Assembly (NCBI GenBank): GCA_038206805.1
Contig: JBBRAL010000017.1
Location: 2,102-66,101, forward strand
DNA: 64,000 nt
DNA from: Hyphomicrobiales bacterium
Lineage (GTDB): Bacteria > Pseudomonadota > Alphaproteobacteria > Rhizobiales > Xanthobacteraceae
Direction: 5' to 3'
A program made the translations under genes and the position numbers. Positions 1-12,176 of the stretch are shown here, piece by piece. The first letter of the stretch is position 1; each line of letters begins with the position of its first letter. Below the pieces are notes generated by a model. It had not been told where the DNA came from. It saw only the letters and a program-made list of their open reading frames with translations, and did no database searches.

Positions 1-661
1 CGCCGGCCATATGGCCAATTTCAGCCGTGCGGCTGCCCGGCAACACCAGCAGCAAGGGCGGATCGCTCAGCCGCCGCCGGGCCTCCGCGGCATCGGGACG
101 TAACTGCGCGAGCCGTTCGCTCAGCGGGTGTCCGACGAAGGTGCAAGGCGGGCCGCCCAGCCGCGCCATCGCCGCCGGCTCGAACGGCAGCAGCGCCAGC
201 ACGTGATCCACATAGCCGCGCATGGCGCGCGCGCGCCCCGGCCGCCATGCCCAGACCGACGGGCAGACATAATCGACGATCGGGATCGTGGGTGCTGCGG
301 CGCGTACCCGGCGCGCGACGCGATGGGTGAATTCCGGGCTGTCGATGATGACCAGGACATCAGGCCCGGCGGCGACGGCGGCGGCGGCGGTGTCACGGAT
401 ACGCTTGATGATTTTCGTCAGCCGCGCCGGGATCGACGCAAAGCCCATGATCGCCAGATCGCCAAGCGGAAACGGACTCGTCAGCCCTTGCGCCACCATA
501 TGCGTGCCGCCGACGCCGGAAAAGCGAACGCGGCCCCCGCTGCGTTGCTTGAGCGCCTGCATCAACGGTGCGCCGAGCCGGTCGCCAGATTCCTCGCCGG
601 CCACCAGGAACACATGCGGGCCCGGCGTGGCACCCGCGCCCGCTGCCGGCGCGCTGCTCAT
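1..661 (-). CDS. lpxB: Lipid-A-disaccharide synthase (partial, runs off the window start)
   Basis: Manual translation from ATG 661 gives MSSAPAAGAGATPGPHVFLVAGEESGDRLGAPLMQAL (AGExSGD motif). ATGA overlap with the lpxI stop; lpx operon context. Not in the ORF track. Confidence 0.93.
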   Translation of the reverse strand, partial: MSSAPAAGAGATPGPHVFLVAGEESGDRLGAPLMQALKQRSGGRVRFSGVGGTHMVAQGLTSPFPLGDLAIMGFASIPARLTKIIKRIRDTAAAAVAAGPDVLVIIDSPEFTHRVARRVRAAAPTIPIVDYVCPSVWAWRPGRARAMRGYVDHVLALLPFEPAAMARLGGPPCTFVGHPLSERLAQLRPDAAEARRRLSDPPLLLVLPGSRTAEIGHMAG

Positions 662-1530
662 TGCTGCGTCCCGCCGGCAACGCCGATAACGTAAATATTG
701 GCGCGGTCGGCCAAGGCTATGACGCGATCGGGTTCAGCCACGATGGTCTCGCCCGCCAGCACCGCAATCCCGGCAAGTCCCGCACGCGCAACGCCGTCGA
801 CGGTTTGTGGGCCGATCGAAGGCAGATCGAAGCGTCGATCCTGTCCAGGCTTGGGGGCTTTCACCAGCAAGCCAATGCCGGCGGAACCGCGGATGCGGCC
901 GTTGGCGCGCATGTCGGCAACGCGCGCCAGCATTGCATCGGTGCCTTCGGCCGCTTCCACCGCCAGCACATGCCGGCCGGCGATCACCACGGCCTGGCCC
1001 ACGTCAAACGGACCGGCGGCACGCAAATAGTCGAAGCCGAGCGCCATATCGGCGCGGTCGCGTTCCGGCAACGGCACGCGGCCGAGTGCGCCGGCCGGCA
1101 CCAGGATTTCCGGCGCAACTTCGTGCGCCCCGAGCAGCCGGAAACCATCAATCTCCAAAAGTTTCCCGATGCCGGTCAGCAGATGATCGTCGCCGCCCCG
1201 AAACGCCGCGAGAGCCCGCGGCAACAGCGTGAGCGCTTTCAGATCGGGATGCACCCGCCACAACGAGGGCCGCACCAGCGATCCGATGAAAATCACGTCG
1301 CGACATCCCGCGGCGCGCGCCAGCCGCATGAATTTTCCGATCTGACCGATATGCAGCCAATGATGCGAAAATCGCTCAAGCCCGGCCGCATCGGCGGCGC
1401 CGCGCAACGCGAACAGCACGACCTTTCGTCCGCGCGCGGCCACCAATTCCGCTACCGCCAGCGGCAGGCTGCCGCCGCCGCAAATCAGCGCGAGCGGGTC
1501 CTCCTGGCGCACGGTCGGCGCGACACTCAT
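658..1530 (-). CDS. lpxI: UDP-2,3-diacylglucosamine diphosphatase LpxI
   Basis: ICGGGSLP, DVGQAVV, VEAAEGTD and KPGQDRRFDLPSIG motifs; lies between lpxA and lpxB. Confidence 0.93.
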   Translation of the reverse strand: MSVAPTVRQEDPLALICGGGSLPLAVAELVAARGRKVVLFALRGAADAAGLERFSHHWLHIGQIGKFMRLARAAGCRDVIFIGSLVRPSLWRVHPDLKALTLLPRALAAFRGGDDHLLTGIGKLLEIDGFRLLGAHEVAPEILVPAGALGRVPLPERDRADMALGFDYLRAAGPFDVGQAVVIAGRHVLAVEAAEGTDAMLARVADMRANGRIRGSAGIGLLVKAPKPGQDRRFDLPSIGPQTVDGVARAGLAGIAVLAGETIVAEPDRVIALADRANIYVIGVAGGTQQ

Positions 1531-2342
1531 GCATCCTCGTCGGCTTGCGCACGATTGGCCGCCATTGTGAGCGGACGCTTTCCGGCGCGAATGAATTCGA
1601 TCATCTTGCCTACCTGCGGGTCGGTGCTATGATCGGCGGCAACCCGTTCCATGCGGGCGCGAAACTCACCTTCGCCGAAAAACAATGTCCGATAGGCCGC
1701 GCGCAAGCTATGGATCTCGGCTTTCGCAAGCCCACGCCGGCGCATGCCAACCACATTGAGTCCGACCAGATTGGCAAGCGGCCCCTGCACCATGCCCCAC
1801 GGAATCACATCGGCACGAACGCCGCTCAAGCCCACGATCATCGCGCCGTCGCCGATGCGCACGAACTGGCGCACCGCCGCGCCGCCGCCGAACACGACGT
1901 ATTCGCCGATGGTGACGTGACCGGCAAGCATCGCGTTGTTGGCAAATACGACATGGTTCCCGACCTTGCAGTCATGCCCGACATGCGAGCCGACCATTAA
2001 AAAGCAGCGGTCGCCGACCTCGGTCACGCCGCCGCCGTCCTCGGTGCCGGTGTTCATCGTCACGCCTTCGCGGATATCGCATTCGGCGCCAACCAAGAGT
2101 TTTGTCGGTCCGCCGCGATAGCTGACTGACTGCGGCGGCGAACCAAGCGAGGCAAAAGGGTGGATGACGGTGCGCGCACCAATCGAGGTATGCCCGGTCA
2201 GATTGATATGCGCGAGGAGCCGGCAGCCGTCGCCGACCGTCACATGCGGACCGATGGTGCAATAAGGGCCGATCGTAACGTCTTGTCCGATCGCAGCGCC
2301 CGCCTCGATCCGGGCAGAGGCATCGATCATGGTCCCGGTCAT
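1527..2342 (-). CDS. lpxA: UDP-N-acetylglucosamine O-acyltransferase
   Basis: Hexapeptide repeats, SHVGHDC and [11 protein letters not shown] motifs. Start placed at MTGTMID, overlapping the fabZ stop. Confidence 0.95.
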   Translation of the reverse strand: MTGTMIDASARIEAGAAIGQDVTIGPYCTIGPHVTVGDGCRLLAHINLTGHTSIGARTVIHPFASLGSPPQSVSYRGGPTKLLVGAECDIREGVTMNTGTEDGGGVTEVGDRCFLMVGSHVGHDCKVGNHVVFANNAMLAGHVTIGEYVVFGGGAAVRQFVRIGDGAMIVGLSGVRADVIPWGMVQGPLANLVGLNVVGMRRRGLAKAEIHSLRAAYRTLFFGEGEFRARMERVAADHSTDPQVGKMIEFIRAGKRPLTMAANRAQADEDA

Positions 2343-2797
2343 GTGTCGGAAATCATGGCGCCGAGTTCCGCCTCGGCCACGATCTGACCCGCAACTTTGG
2401 CCTCGCCGCGGTACCACCACATCGACTTACGGCGGGCGATTTTATTCATGTGGTATTCGATGGTATCGCCGGGCACAACCGGCTTGCGAAACTTCGCCTT
2501 GTCGATGGTCAGAAAAAACACCGCCTTAGGCTGTGTCGAGGCGATCGCCGCGATGCAAAGCACGCCTGCCGTTTGCGCCATGCCTTCGATCATTAACACG
2601 CCAGGAAATACCGGATTGCCCGGGAAGTGGCCCTGAAAATGCGGTTCGTTGATCGTCACGTTCTTGATTCCAATGCCGTGCTCATCGCCGCGGATATCGA
2701 TCACCCGATCGACCAGGAGAAATGGATAGCGGTGCGGCAGCATCTTGAGCACCGTCGCGATGTCGGCCGCTTCCAACTTTGTGACGGCATTATTCAT
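2339..2797 (-). CDS. fabZ: 3-hydroxyacyl-ACP dehydratase
   Basis: [13 protein letters not shown] and [15 protein letters not shown] motifs. Start trimmed to MNNAVTK. Confidence 0.96.
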   Translation of the reverse strand: MNNAVTKLEAADIATVLKMLPHRYPFLLVDRVIDIRGDEHGIGIKNVTINEPHFQGHFPGNPVFPGVLMIEGMAQTAGVLCIAAIASTQPKAVFFLTIDKAKFRKPVVPGDTIEYHMNKIARRKSMWWYRGEAKVAGQIVAEAELGAMISDT

Positions 2798-2807
2798 GGC
2801 AAAGGCC

Positions 2808-3866
2808 TCACTCGTCCGCTGCCGCAGCGGCGCCGCCTTTTCCACGGGCAAGTCGCTCAAGCATCAAGACCTCGCGGAACCACAGCGCCACCGGCTTGGC
2901 CGGCGTACCGCCCCAGCGCGCACCGGCGGGAACATCGCCGTTGACATTGCTGGTCGCAGCGATCTGCGCCCCTTCGCCGACCGTCACATTGTTATTGATG
3001 CCGGCGCGCGCGCCCAGCACCACAAAGTCTTCGAGCGTGGCACTGCCGGAAATGCCTGTTTGCGCCACCACGATGCAGTGCCGGCCGATCCTGACATTGT
3101 GGCCTACCTGGACGAGGTTGTCGATCTTGCTGCCCTCGCCGATCACCGTGTCGCGAATGGCGCCGCGGTCGATAGTGGTGCCGGCCCCGATCTCCACATC
3201 GTCCTGCACGATGACGCGCCCGACCTGCGGAACCTTGAGGTGACCCTTGCCACCCATCACGAAGCCGAAGCCATCCTGACCGATCTTACAGCCCGGATGA
3301 ACGATGACGCGGTCGCCGATCAACGCCATCGCAATTGCAGCCCCAGCCCCGATCGAGCAATCCCGCCCGATCCGCACCTCGGCGCCGATCACGGCATTGG
3401 CGCCGATAACGCTACCGGCGCCAATTTCGGTTGCCGGCCCGATCACGGCGCCAGGCTCGACCGTGACGCCATCTTCCAACCGAGCGGTCGGATGCACATG
3501 AGCGCCCACCGCCTCGCCCGCCTTTGCCAGCGAAGGCGGCCGCAGCGCGTGCGGGAACAATTCGCGCGCCACGGTCACGAAGGCACGATAGGGCTCGTTC
3601 ACCGTGAGGGCCGCCACCCGCGCCGGCAGATCCTTGGCAAGAGCCGCCGTGGTCAGACACGCGCCGGCATGGGTCGCGGCGGCGGCCGTGATATATTTTT
3701 TATTGTCGAAGAAGCTGAGGTCGCACGGTTGCGCCCGGTCGAGCGGCGCGACATTGACGATGCGGCGGGCGCGCGGCATGGCCGCCGGCTTAGGCGCGCC
3801 GGTCAGATTTGCAATCTCATCAAGCGTGAGACCACTGCTGTGCCGCAAGAATACCGGCTCGCTCAT
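2808..3866 (-). CDS. lpxD: UDP-3-O-acylglucosamine N-acyltransferase
   Basis: [14 protein letters not shown] and [12 protein letters not shown] motifs. Start trimmed to MSEPVF. Confidence 0.95.
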   Translation of the reverse strand: MSEPVFLRHSSGLTLDEIANLTGAPKPAAMPRARRIVNVAPLDRAQPCDLSFFDNKKYITAAAATHAGACLTTAALAKDLPARVAALTVNEPYRAFVTVARELFPHALRPPSLAKAGEAVGAHVHPTARLEDGVTVEPGAVIGPATEIGAGSVIGANAVIGAEVRIGRDCSIGAGAAIAMALIGDRVIVHPGCKIGQDGFGFVMGGKGHLKVPQVGRVIVQDDVEIGAGTTIDRGAIRDTVIGEGSKIDNLVQVGHNVRIGRHCIVVAQTGISGSATLEDFVVLGARAGINNNVTVGEGAQIAATSNVNGDVPAGARWGGTPAKPVALWFREVLMLERLARGKGGAAAAADE

Positions 3867-3900
3867 GCCGCCAGCGCCATGCCGCCGAACGCGGCCAAGA

Positions 3901-6372
3901 TCAGAACCTCGTGCCGCCGCTGAAGCGGAAGACCTGGGTGCGGTCGTAGCTTTCCTTGGTAATCGGGAAGGCCAGATCGAAGCGCAACGGGCCAAGTGGA
4001 GAATCCCAGATCAAACCGACACCGGCCGACGAGCGAACCGTCATCTTGTCGTTTGTGGTGCCCAAGTTCAGTGTTTCTCCGGTCACGTTCCAAGAGGTCG
4101 GACCCCGGTAGCCCCACAGCGAACCGGCGTCGGCAAACGTGGCCACCCGGATGCCGATCTCTTTCGGCAAGAAATACAGCGGCGTCTGCATTTCGACACT
4201 GGCGCCCCAGAACTTGGTGCCGCCCAACGGGTCGTTGGTGTTATTCGACCTCGCAGTCATGTCGCGCGGGCCGATGCCGCCAGGCGCGAAGCCGCGCACA
4301 AGGTTCGGGCCCATCTGGAAGTGATCCAGCATGCGCACATCCTTGCCGCCCCAGCCTTCGATATTGCCGCCTTGCAATTTGAGTACGCCCACCACGTCGG
4401 TGAAGACTTCGTAGTAAGTGCGCGCTTCCATGGTCGAGCGGATGAAATTCACGTCGCCGCCGACGCCGGCCAAATCCTGCTTGCCCTCGATATAAAGGCC
4501 GCTGGTCGGAGATTTGTTGTTGTCGAGCGTATTATAGCTCAGCGAATAGCCAACCAGCGAAACCACGACCGGGCCCGACGCCAACTCCTTGCGCACTGCC
4601 AGCGAAGCCTCGCCGTCCGAATAGCACTCGTCAGTCAACCCCACTGGGATTGTGTGCGAGGTGTAACCAGATGGCGTCGGAACGAACATCGGCCCCGTAG
4701 GCGAATTACAGTTATTTAAATTACTTGGCAGCGAAATCTCCTGCCGATAAATCGAATAGCGCGGCTGCAGCGCCAGTTCCTCGGTCAGCGCAAAGCCGAG
4801 CCGAAGATTGGTCCCGTAGGTCTTGGTGTTGTAGGACACGTAATTCGTGGACATGTTCTGCTTGTAAAAAAGATCGATACCGCCGGCCATGCGGTAGTCA
4901 AACAGATAGGGTTCCACGAACGACAGATCGACGCCGCGTGTATACTGGCCATAGGTCAGTGTTGCCTTGGCCAATTGGCCGCGTCCCATCAGGTTGCGGT
5001 CGGCAATGCTGAGCTCGGTCATCCACCCGTCCGTGGTGGAATAGCCGCCCGCGACCGAAAACTCGCCGGTCGCCATTTCCTCGACGTTTACATTGACGAC
5101 AATGCGGTCGGGCGCCGAGCCGGGCTCATTGGTGATCTTGACCGATTTAAAGTAGTTCAGGTTCTTCAACCGGCGCTCGGCGCGATCGATCAGCGCGCGG
5201 TTATAGGCGTCGCCCTCGCCGATATCGAATTCACGGCGGATCACGTAATCGCGGGTGCGGATATTGCCGCGAATGTTGATGCGCTCGATATAAGCGCGCG
5301 CGCCCTCCTCGACCACGAAAACCAAATTGATGGTCTTGGTCTGAAAGTTGCGGTCGCCGCGCGGATGCACATTGGCGAATGCATAGCCGCGCTTGGAGGC
5401 CTCAATCGTCATCGCTTCGACGGACTTCTCGACCAGGTCGGCGTTGTACACGCTGCCTGCACTGAGCTTGAGTTTGCTTCGCAGCGATCCCGGATCGATC
5501 GCGTGTACATTCGAGACAACGTCGACGGTGCCGATACGATACTGGCCGCCTTCGTCGATGGTGAAGGTGATGATGAACCCTTTTTTGGCCGGATCGTATT
5601 CGCCGACCGCGGAAACAATTCGAACGTCGGCATAGCCATGCTGAAGATAGAATCGCCGCAGCAGGTCGCGGTCCGCTTCAACGCGATCGGGATCGTAGAT
5701 GTCCGTCGTCTGCAGGAAGCTGAGCCAATTGCTTTCCGAGCTCTTGATCACATCTTTCAGACGGCCATGCGAATAGGCGCGCGCGCCGAGGAACCGGATT
5801 TCCTTGACGCCGGTCTTGTCGCCTTCCTTGATCTCGAACACCAGATCGACGCGATTGTTCGGCAGCTCGATGATCTTCGGCTCGACCCGCACGTCGAAGC
5901 GCCCGCTGCGGTGATAGATTTCGATGATGCGCTGCACGTCGGCCTGCACGGTCGGCTTCGACAGGGTACCGCGCGGCTTTGACTGCACCTCGACCTTGAG
6001 CTGGTCGTCCTTGGCCTTCTTATTGCCTTCGAAGGCGACGCGGTTGATCACCGGGTTTTCGACCACCGTAACCACCAAGCGGCCGCCGGCATGATTGATC
6101 CGGACGTCGGAAAACAGCCCGGTGCCGTAAAGCGTCTTGAGCGCCTCGTCGATCTCCAGCGGCCCAAGTCGGCCACCGGGGCCGGCCTTGAAATAGGAAC
6201 GGACGGTTTCAGACTCGACCCGCCGGTTACCTTCGACAACGATGGAATTGACGGACTGCGCAAGCGCGACGCCCGAGGACGCAACCGTCACGCATGCGGT
6301 ACCGATAACGGTGCCGCCGAGGACAAGAATGCAAAGGGCCAGTCCCCGAACCAACCGCACACAAAGTCCCAT
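3901..6372 (-). CDS. bamA: Outer membrane protein assembly factor BamA
   Basis: POTRA repeats ([20 protein letters not shown]), VRGF motif, C-terminal [11 protein letters not shown]...GTRF. Confidence 0.96.
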   Translation of the reverse strand: MGLCVRLVRGLALCILVLGGTVIGTACVTVASSGVALAQSVNSIVVEGNRRVESETVRSYFKAGPGGRLGPLEIDEALKTLYGTGLFSDVRINHAGGRLVVTVVENPVINRVAFEGNKKAKDDQLKVEVQSKPRGTLSKPTVQADVQRIIEIYHRSGRFDVRVEPKIIELPNNRVDLVFEIKEGDKTGVKEIRFLGARAYSHGRLKDVIKSSESNWLSFLQTTDIYDPDRVEADRDLLRRFYLQHGYADVRIVSAVGEYDPAKKGFIITFTIDEGGQYRIGTVDVVSNVHAIDPGSLRSKLKLSAGSVYNADLVEKSVEAMTIEASKRGYAFANVHPRGDRNFQTKTINLVFVVEEGARAYIERINIRGNIRTRDYVIRREFDIGEGDAYNRALIDRAERRLKNLNYFKSVKITNEPGSAPDRIVVNVNVEEMATGEFSVAGGYSTTDGWMTELSIADRNLMGRGQLAKATLTYGQYTRGVDLSFVEPYLFDYRMAGGIDLFYKQNMSTNYVSYNTKTYGTNLRLGFALTEELALQPRYSIYRQEISLPSNLNNCNSPTGPMFVPTPSGYTSHTIPVGLTDECYSDGEASLAVRKELASGPVVVSLVGYSLSYNTLDNNKSPTSGLYIEGKQDLAGVGGDVNFIRSTMEARTYYEVFTDVVGVLKLQGGNIEGWGGKDVRMLDHFQMGPNLVRGFAPGGIGPRDMTARSNNTNDPLGGTKFWGASVEMQTPLYFLPKEIGIRVATFADAGSLWGYRGPTSWNVTGETLNLGTTNDKMTVRSSAGVGLIWDSPLGPLRFDLAFPITKESYDRTQVFRFSGGTRF

Positions 6373-6533
6373 GCGCTACGCGCCCTTTAATCCTTGCGGC
6401 CGTCCCCGCACTCGACTCGGCCGACGGCCGGGCTGTCTTTCGCCTGCTTTGTACAGCGTTTTAACCGCACTGCAAACGAAACTCCCGGCCAAGTTTCCCT
6501 TTCCCCTCAAAAAGTTGCCCGATGGCAACGATT

Positions 6534-7697
6534 TCAGGACGAGCCCGGAAAGAAGATGCCCTTTATGTCATTAAAGGTTGCAAAAATCATCAACATCACC
6601 ACCAGGGCCAGGCCAATCCGAAACCCGACCTCCTGGGCGCGCTCGGACAGGGGCCGGCCGCGAACCGCCTCAATCATATAGAACAAAAGGTGACCACCGT
6701 CGAGCAGTGGGATCGGGAACAGGTTCAAGAGCCCGATCGAGACCGAAAGCACGGCCGTCAGGTGGAGAAGCGGCGTGAAGCCGCCGGTAGCCACCTGGCC
6801 GGATACCTGGGCGATACGGATCGGGCCGCCCAGCTGATCGGCTGCCTCGCGGCCCGAAAATATCCCCCCGATATAGGACAGGGTGCGGTCGACCACGAAC
6901 CAGGTCTCTTTCGCGCCCATGACGATGGCCGACAACGGTCCGAACCTCTGGGTCTTTATGTCACCCGGCGCCATGGAGCGGCTGATGCCGAGCACTCCGA
7001 GCCGATGCACATTGCCGAAATTATCCTTGATTTCCTTGAGTTCGGGGACCGCCTTGATGGTGACCGGCACGCCGCCGCGCTCGACCTCGACATTAATCGG
7101 CTCGCCAGCGCTGATGCTGACAATGCGCTGCATGTCGGAAAAGCTGTCGATTTTGCTGCCATTGATCGCCAGCACAAGATCGCCGGGCTTAAAACCGGCA
7201 CTCTGCGCGGCGCTTCCCGGCGCCACGGCATCGACACGGGCAGTGGTGGTCTGCTTGCCGACGGTCATGAAAATGCCGGCGAAAATGACGATTGCCAGCA
7301 CGAAATTGGCAATCGGCCCCGCCGCCACCACGGCCGAGCGGGAACCGACCGGTTTGTGGACGAAACTGTCCTGCTTTTCGGCATCGCTCATGCGGGCGGC
7401 GGCCTCGTGGTCGGGCACGCTCGCCGCATTGTCATCGCCGAAGAACTTCACATAGCCGCCAAGCGGAACCGCGGCTATTTTCCAGCGCGTGCCGTAGCGG
7501 TCGTTGAAACCGACGATTTCCGGTCCGAACCCGATCGAGAACGCCATGACCTTGATGCCGCACCAGCGGGCCACCAGAAAATGCCCAAGTTCATGAAAGA
7601 ACACGACAATTGTCAGTACAAACAGGAATGGCACGATATAGCCGACGAGGCCGCCGCCAAAAGCGCTCAAGCCTCCCAAAAAATCGATACTCATCAC
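6534..7697 (-). CDS. rseP: RIP metalloprotease RseP
   Basis: HELGH, a PDZ domain and NLFPIPLLDGGH. Confidence 0.95.
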   Translation of the reverse strand: MMSIDFLGGLSAFGGGLVGYIVPFLFVLTIVVFFHELGHFLVARWCGIKVMAFSIGFGPEIVGFNDRYGTRWKIAAVPLGGYVKFFGDDNAASVPDHEAAARMSDAEKQDSFVHKPVGSRSAVVAAGPIANFVLAIVIFAGIFMTVGKQTTTARVDAVAPGSAAQSAGFKPGDLVLAINGSKIDSFSDMQRIVSISAGEPINVEVERGGVPVTIKAVPELKEIKDNFGNVHRLGVLGISRSMAPGDIKTQRFGPLSAIVMGAKETWFVVDRTLSYIGGIFSGREAADQLGGPIRIAQVSGQVATGGFTPLLHLTAVLSVSIGLLNLFPIPLLDGGHLLFYMIEAVRGRPLSERAQEVGFRIGLALVVMLMIFATFNDIKGIFFPGSS

Positions 7698-7745
7698 TAC
7701 CCCTCGTCCCGCCTGTCTAGCGCCTTTATCGTTAGCGCAAGTTTA

Positions 7746-8987
7746 CTAGGATGACTTTACGGCAATTTCAGGCAAGAGGTCCCGGGCTAAACTTCTCGCA
7801 ATATGGTCAATGGCCAGCGCCGCATCGATTCCGCCCGGTTCAGCCAGCAGCCCGCGCGCCGCCGCCGCATTCAGCGTTGCTTCCACCAGCGCGGTAATAG
7901 CCGGAAAAGCGATGCGTCCGGCGATGAATTCGCCAACCGCGATCTCGTCGGCCGCGTTTAACACGGTTGGCGCTGCCCCGCCCGTCTCCATGGCATAGCG
8001 AGCCAGCGCCAGAGCCGGAAACCGCACCAAGTCCGGCTCTTCAAAGGTCAATTCATGGACGCGAGCGAGGTCAAGCCGCGGCGCCGGGCCATCGATGCGC
8101 TGGGGCCAAGCCAGGCAATGGGCGATTGGAATGCGCATGTCGGGGGCGCCAAGTTGAGCCACCACCGAGCCATCGCGAAACTCCACCAGGCCATGCACCA
8201 CCGATTGCGGATGCACCAGCACATCGATCTCGTCGGGTCGCAGCGCGAACAGATGGTGCGCCTCGATCAGTTCGAGACCCTTGTTCATCAGACTGGCGGA
8301 GTCGACCGTGACTTTCGGCCCCATCGACCAGTTCGGATGGCGCAGTGCCTGCTCGGGCGTGGCCGCCTTGATCGCCTCCAGCGACCAGGTGCGGAACGGG
8401 CCGCCGGACGCGGTCAGGATCACCCGCATGACGTCCTCACGCCGGCCCGCACCTAGCGCCTGGAACAGCGCATTGTGCTCGCTATCGACCGGCAGCACGG
8501 TGGCGCCCGCGCTCGCCGCGCGCCGCATGAACAGGTTCCCTGCGCAGACCAGGCATTCCTTGTTGGCGAGGGCAACGGTTGCGCCGCGCTCGATGGCTGC
8601 GAGCGTTGGTTTAAGCCCGGCCGATCCGCTGATGGCTGCCATCACCCAGTCGGCCGGTCGTTGCGCCGCTTCGTTCAAAGCATTCTCACCAGCCGCCGCC
8701 TCGATGCCGCTGCCGGCCAGCGCAGCTTTGAGTTCGCCGTATGCGTCAGCATCGGCAACCACGGCAAATCGCGCGCCGACTTCGCGGGCGATCGCTGCGA
8801 GCGCCCCGGCGTTACGGCGCGCAGTGAGCGCCTCGACGCGGTAGCGCGCTGGATTGCGCTTGATCAGATCGAGTGTGCTGGCGCCGATCGAGCCGGTGGC
8901 GCCGAGGATGGTAATGCTGCGCATGGCGGCGGCCGGCACCGGCTTGGTACGGGCAAGATTGCTTGCAGCACGGCTCGGTGCGGTCAT
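7746..8987 (-). CDS. dxr: 1-deoxy-D-xylulose-5-phosphate reductoisomerase
   Basis: [20 protein letters not shown] and HPNWSMGPK motifs. Confidence 0.96.
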   Translation of the reverse strand: MTAPSRAASNLARTKPVPAAAMRSITILGATGSIGASTLDLIKRNPARYRVEALTARRNAGALAAIAREVGARFAVVADADAYGELKAALAGSGIEAAAGENALNEAAQRPADWVMAAISGSAGLKPTLAAIERGATVALANKECLVCAGNLFMRRAASAGATVLPVDSEHNALFQALGAGRREDVMRVILTASGGPFRTWSLEAIKAATPEQALRHPNWSMGPKVTVDSASLMNKGLELIEAHHLFALRPDEIDVLVHPQSVVHGLVEFRDGSVVAQLGAPDMRIPIAHCLAWPQRIDGPAPRLDLARVHELTFEEPDLVRFPALALARYAMETGGAAPTVLNAADEIAVGEFIAGRIAFPAITALVEATLNAAAARGLLAEPGGIDAALAIDHIARSLARDLLPEIAVKSS

Positions 8988-8991
8988 GCGC

Positions 8992-9861
8992 TCACCATAC
9001 CATCAGGCCGCGCGCGGCGTCGTCGAATCCGCCGCGCAGCAACCCGACCAGGCAGCCGACGAGCGCGGCCGCCCAGAAACCATCGAGCCGATCCATCACA
9101 CCGCCATGACCGGGAATGAGCTGGCTCGCATCCTTGGCGCCAAACTGGCGCTTGACCCAGGATTCGAGCAGATCGCCGGCTTGCGCCACCGCCGACAGCA
9201 GCAGGGCAACGATCGCAAGCGCGCTGGTGTTCAAAGATCCAAAAAATCTTGCAACCAGAACCGCCACGATCATCGCCCCGAGCGCGCCGGCAATCGCGCC
9301 GGACCAGGTTTTTTTCGGGCTGATCGCCGGCAGTAGTTTCGGTCCTCCGATGGCGCGGCCGGCGAAATAGCCGAGAATGTCGGTCGTCCATACGGTCGCG
9401 AACAGCAGAACCATCGCCGCAAATCCATACGCTTCGTCGTTGCGCAACAGCATCGGCGCCAACAACATGATGCCGGCGTAGCCGATGCCGCCGGTGATCC
9501 AGAGCCGGCGTGCGCGCGGCGCGAAAATCGTCGCCGCAAGCGCGCCCAGGCCCACCAGTAGGATGGCTGCAATCGGCCGGCCGTGCCATGCGATCATGGC
9601 GGATACCGCGAGCGCGCTGGCGCAAGAGGAAAACATCAGCCGGTTGTGCCGGCCGGCGACCAGCGCGATCCATTCCCACAGCACGGCGATGGCCGCCAAC
9701 GCCCAGAACAGCGCAAACGGCCAGCCGCCGGTATAGGCCGTAAATACCGCCACCGGCGCCAGCACGACGGCCGAGACAATGCGCAGCGCAAGATTGCTTG
9801 CACGCCCGGACACGCTGCGCGCCGCTTCACCGGGGCCGGCAGCGGGGTCGGCTTCGGCCAC
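8992..9861 (-). CDS. cdsA: Phosphatidate cytidylyltransferase
   Basis: ISPKKTWSG and KD...[13 protein letters not shown] motifs; GTG start. Confidence 0.95.
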   Translation of the reverse strand: MAEADPAAGPGEAARSVSGRASNLALRIVSAVVLAPVAVFTAYTGGWPFALFWALAAIAVLWEWIALVAGRHNRLMFSSCASALAVSAMIAWHGRPIAAILLVGLGALAATIFAPRARRLWITGGIGYAGIMLLAPMLLRNDEAYGFAAMVLLFATVWTTDILGYFAGRAIGGPKLLPAISPKKTWSGAIAGALGAMIVAVLVARFFGSLNTSALAIVALLLSAVAQAGDLLESWVKRQFGAKDASQLIPGHGGVMDRLDGFWAAALVGCLVGLLRGGFDDAARGLMVW

Positions 9862-9865
9862 GGGC

Positions 9866-10621
9866 TCAGGATCCGGTCTTGGCGACTAGACCGCCAAACC
9901 GGCGCTCGCGCTGCTGGTATTCGCGGATCGCCGCATCGAGCGCAGCGCGGTCGAAGTCGGGCCAATAAGTCGGCACAAACACCAATTCGCTATAGGCCGA
10001 CTGCCAGAGCAGGAAATTGGACAGACGCTGCTCGCCGCTGGTGCGGATGATCAGATCGGGATCGGGCAGATCGGGCGCATCGAGGAACGCCCCGAACGTC
10101 TCCATGGTTACATCGGCCGGTTGAAGCACACCGAGGGCAACCTGTTCGGCGATACGGCGCGCCGCGCGGGCGATTTCCTGCCGGGCGCCGTAATTGAACG
10201 CAACCACCAGAGTAAGGCCGCTGTTGGCGCGCGTAAGATCTTCCGCTTCAATCAGCAGGCGGTCGATATCGGGTTCGAGCCCGGCGCGCTCGCCGATGAT
10301 GCGCACCCGCACATTGCTTTGATGCAGTTCGGCGAGATCGTTGCGGATGAAGCGCCGCAGCAGTCCCATCAGGTCGCGCACCTCGCTGGGCGGCCGCGTC
10401 CAATTCTCCGCACTGAAGGAAAAGATGGTGATGATGCCGATACCGATTTCGCCGGCCGCGCGGATCGTACGCCGCAGCGCTTCGACCCCGCGCCGGTGTC
10501 CTTCCACGCGCGGCAAGCCGCGCGCCGCGGCCCAGCGGCCATTACCATCCATGATAATGGCGACATGGCGCGGCACTTCGAATGCCGGCTTGGCGTTCTG
10601 CGGGATATCGGAATCGGACAT
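9866..10621 (-). CDS. uppS: Undecaprenyl diphosphate synthase
   Basis: [13 protein letters not shown] and [16 protein letters not shown] motifs. Start trimmed to MSDSDIP. Confidence 0.96.
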   Translation of the reverse strand: MSDSDIPQNAKPAFEVPRHVAIIMDGNGRWAAARGLPRVEGHRRGVEALRRTIRAAGEIGIGIITIFSFSAENWTRPPSEVRDLMGLLRRFIRNDLAELHQSNVRVRIIGERAGLEPDIDRLLIEAEDLTRANSGLTLVVAFNYGARQEIARAARRIAEQVALGVLQPADVTMETFGAFLDAPDLPDPDLIIRTSGEQRLSNFLLWQSAYSELVFVPTYWPDFDRAALDAAIREYQQRERRFGGLVAKTGS

Positions 10622-10631
10622 AGGCTCTGCC

Positions 10632-11195
10632 TCAGACGGTGAGGATCTCCTTCTCCTTGGCCGCAAGCATATGGTCGATCTCGGCGATACCGGCATCGGT
10701 CGCCTTCTGAACGTCGCCCGAGAACCGGTCGTGGTCGTCCTTGCTGATCTTGTGGTCCTTCTCCAGCTTCTTGAGTACGTCCATGGCGTCGCGCCGCACA
10801 TGACGCACCGCCACCCGCGCGGTCTCGGCATATTTATGCGCGACCTTGACCAGTTCCTTGCGCCGATCCTCGTTGAGTTCGGGGATGCGCAGGCGGATGG
10901 TTTGCCCTTCGGTCGCCGGCGACAAGCCCAGGTTGGAATTGATGATCGCCTTTTCCACCGCGTGAACAAGCGAGCGATCCCAGACATTGACAGAGATCAT
11001 GCGCGCTTCCGGCACGCTGGTTGTGGCCACCTGATTGAGCGGCATCTCCGCGCCATAGGCCTCTACCATCACCGGATCGAGCAGATGCGCGGAGGCGCGG
11101 CCGGTCCGCAATCCGGACATTTCGGTCTTGAGAACGGCGCTCGCGCCTTGCATGCGGCGCTTGATTTCGTTGATGTCGTGCGTTGCGTTTGTCAT
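10632..11195 (-). CDS. frr: Ribosome recycling factor
   Basis: LRTGRAS and [14 protein letters not shown] motifs. Confidence 0.97.
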   Translation of the reverse strand: MTNATHDINEIKRRMQGASAVLKTEMSGLRTGRASAHLLDPVMVEAYGAEMPLNQVATTSVPEARMISVNVWDRSLVHAVEKAIINSNLGLSPATEGQTIRLRIPELNEDRRKELVKVAHKYAETARVAVRHVRRDAMDVLKKLEKDHKISKDDHDRFSGDVQKATDAGIAEIDHMLAAKEKEILTV

Positions 11196-11255
11196 GACGA
11201 TTCCTCGAACACCGTGCTGTCACTTATTCTCAAGTGCGCCGGATATTTTTCTCAG

Positions 11256-11326
11256 GCATGGGCTTCTTTCCGAAAACCGGTTGACGCCCCCCGGATCAAG
11301 TCCAGGGGCAGACTATTTCGGGATGG
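11256..11326. repeat. Intergenic palindromic (mosaic/RIME-like) repeat, copy 1, with internal extra hairpin
   Basis: GCATG..TCCGAAAACCGG[CCCCCCGGATCAAGTCCAGGGG]TTTCGGGAT. Shares its arms with copies at 12066, 34913 and 56251. Confidence 0.75.
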
Positions 11327-12040
11327 CTAGCCGACGACGGTCGCACGTCCCTTGCCGCGAAGAACAGCCTCGATCGCGCCCTTTTCGGCAATCGAGAACA
11401 CGATGATAGGCATCCGGTTTTCCCGGGCAAGCGCGAAGGCGGTGGAATCCATGACCCGCAGGTCCTGCTCGATCGCCTGCTGGTGGCTGAGGCGCTCGTA
11501 ACGCTTGGCTTTCGGATCTTTCTTCGGGTCCGCGGTATAGACGCCGTCCACATTGGTGGCCTTGAGCACCGCCTGGCAGTCGAGCTCGGCCGCGCGCAGC
11601 ACGGCGGTGGTATCGGTGGTAAAGTACGGGTTGCCGGTTCCGGCGGCCAGCAGCACGACGCGGCCCTTGCCGAGGTTTTTCACCGCACGCTTGCGGTTAT
11701 AGGTCTCGCAGACGGACGGCATGGCAAGCGCCGATAGCGTGCGGGCCTCGCGCCCGGCCCGCTCGATGGCCGCTTCCAGCACCAGGCAATTCATCACCGT
11801 CGCCAGCATGCCCATGGTATCGCCCACGGCGCGCGGCACGCCGCGCTCCGAAACCTCGACGCCGCGGAAGATATTGCCGCCGCCGACCACCACGCCAAGC
11901 TCGACCCCGAGCGCGGCCGCCGACACCAGATCGCCGGCCAGGCGTTCGACCATGGCCTGATCGATGCCCGCGCCGTGCGCACCGGCAAGCGCTTCACCCG
12001 ACAGTTTGACGATGACGCGACGGTAGACCGGATCACTCAT
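11327..12040 (-). CDS. pyrH: UMP kinase
   Basis: [15 protein letters not shown] and [11 protein letters not shown] motifs. Confidence 0.97.
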   Translation of the reverse strand: MSDPVYRRVIVKLSGEALAGAHGAGIDQAMVERLAGDLVSAAALGVELGVVVGGGNIFRGVEVSERGVPRAVGDTMGMLATVMNCLVLEAAIERAGREARTLSALAMPSVCETYNRKRAVKNLGKGRVVLLAAGTGNPYFTTDTTAVLRAAELDCQAVLKATNVDGVYTADPKKDPKAKRYERLSHQQAIEQDLRVMDSTAFALARENRMPIIVFSIAEKGAIEAVLRGKGRATVVG

Positions 12041-12065
12041 GGGTTGCGATCCTAGCACTGAATTT

Positions 12066-12136
12066 GCGCACGATCTTATCCGAAAACCGGTTTCCCACTT
12101 CCGGATATCGTAGGGGCCGGCATTTCGGCATCATGC
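12066..12136. repeat. Intergenic palindromic repeat, copy 2
   Basis: GCGCACGATCTTATCCGAAAACCGG...TTTCGGCATCATGC. Confidence 0.75.
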
Positions 12137-12176
12137 AGTCCCGTACCGCCGCAAGGCGGAGCGGCATTCGTTCCGG

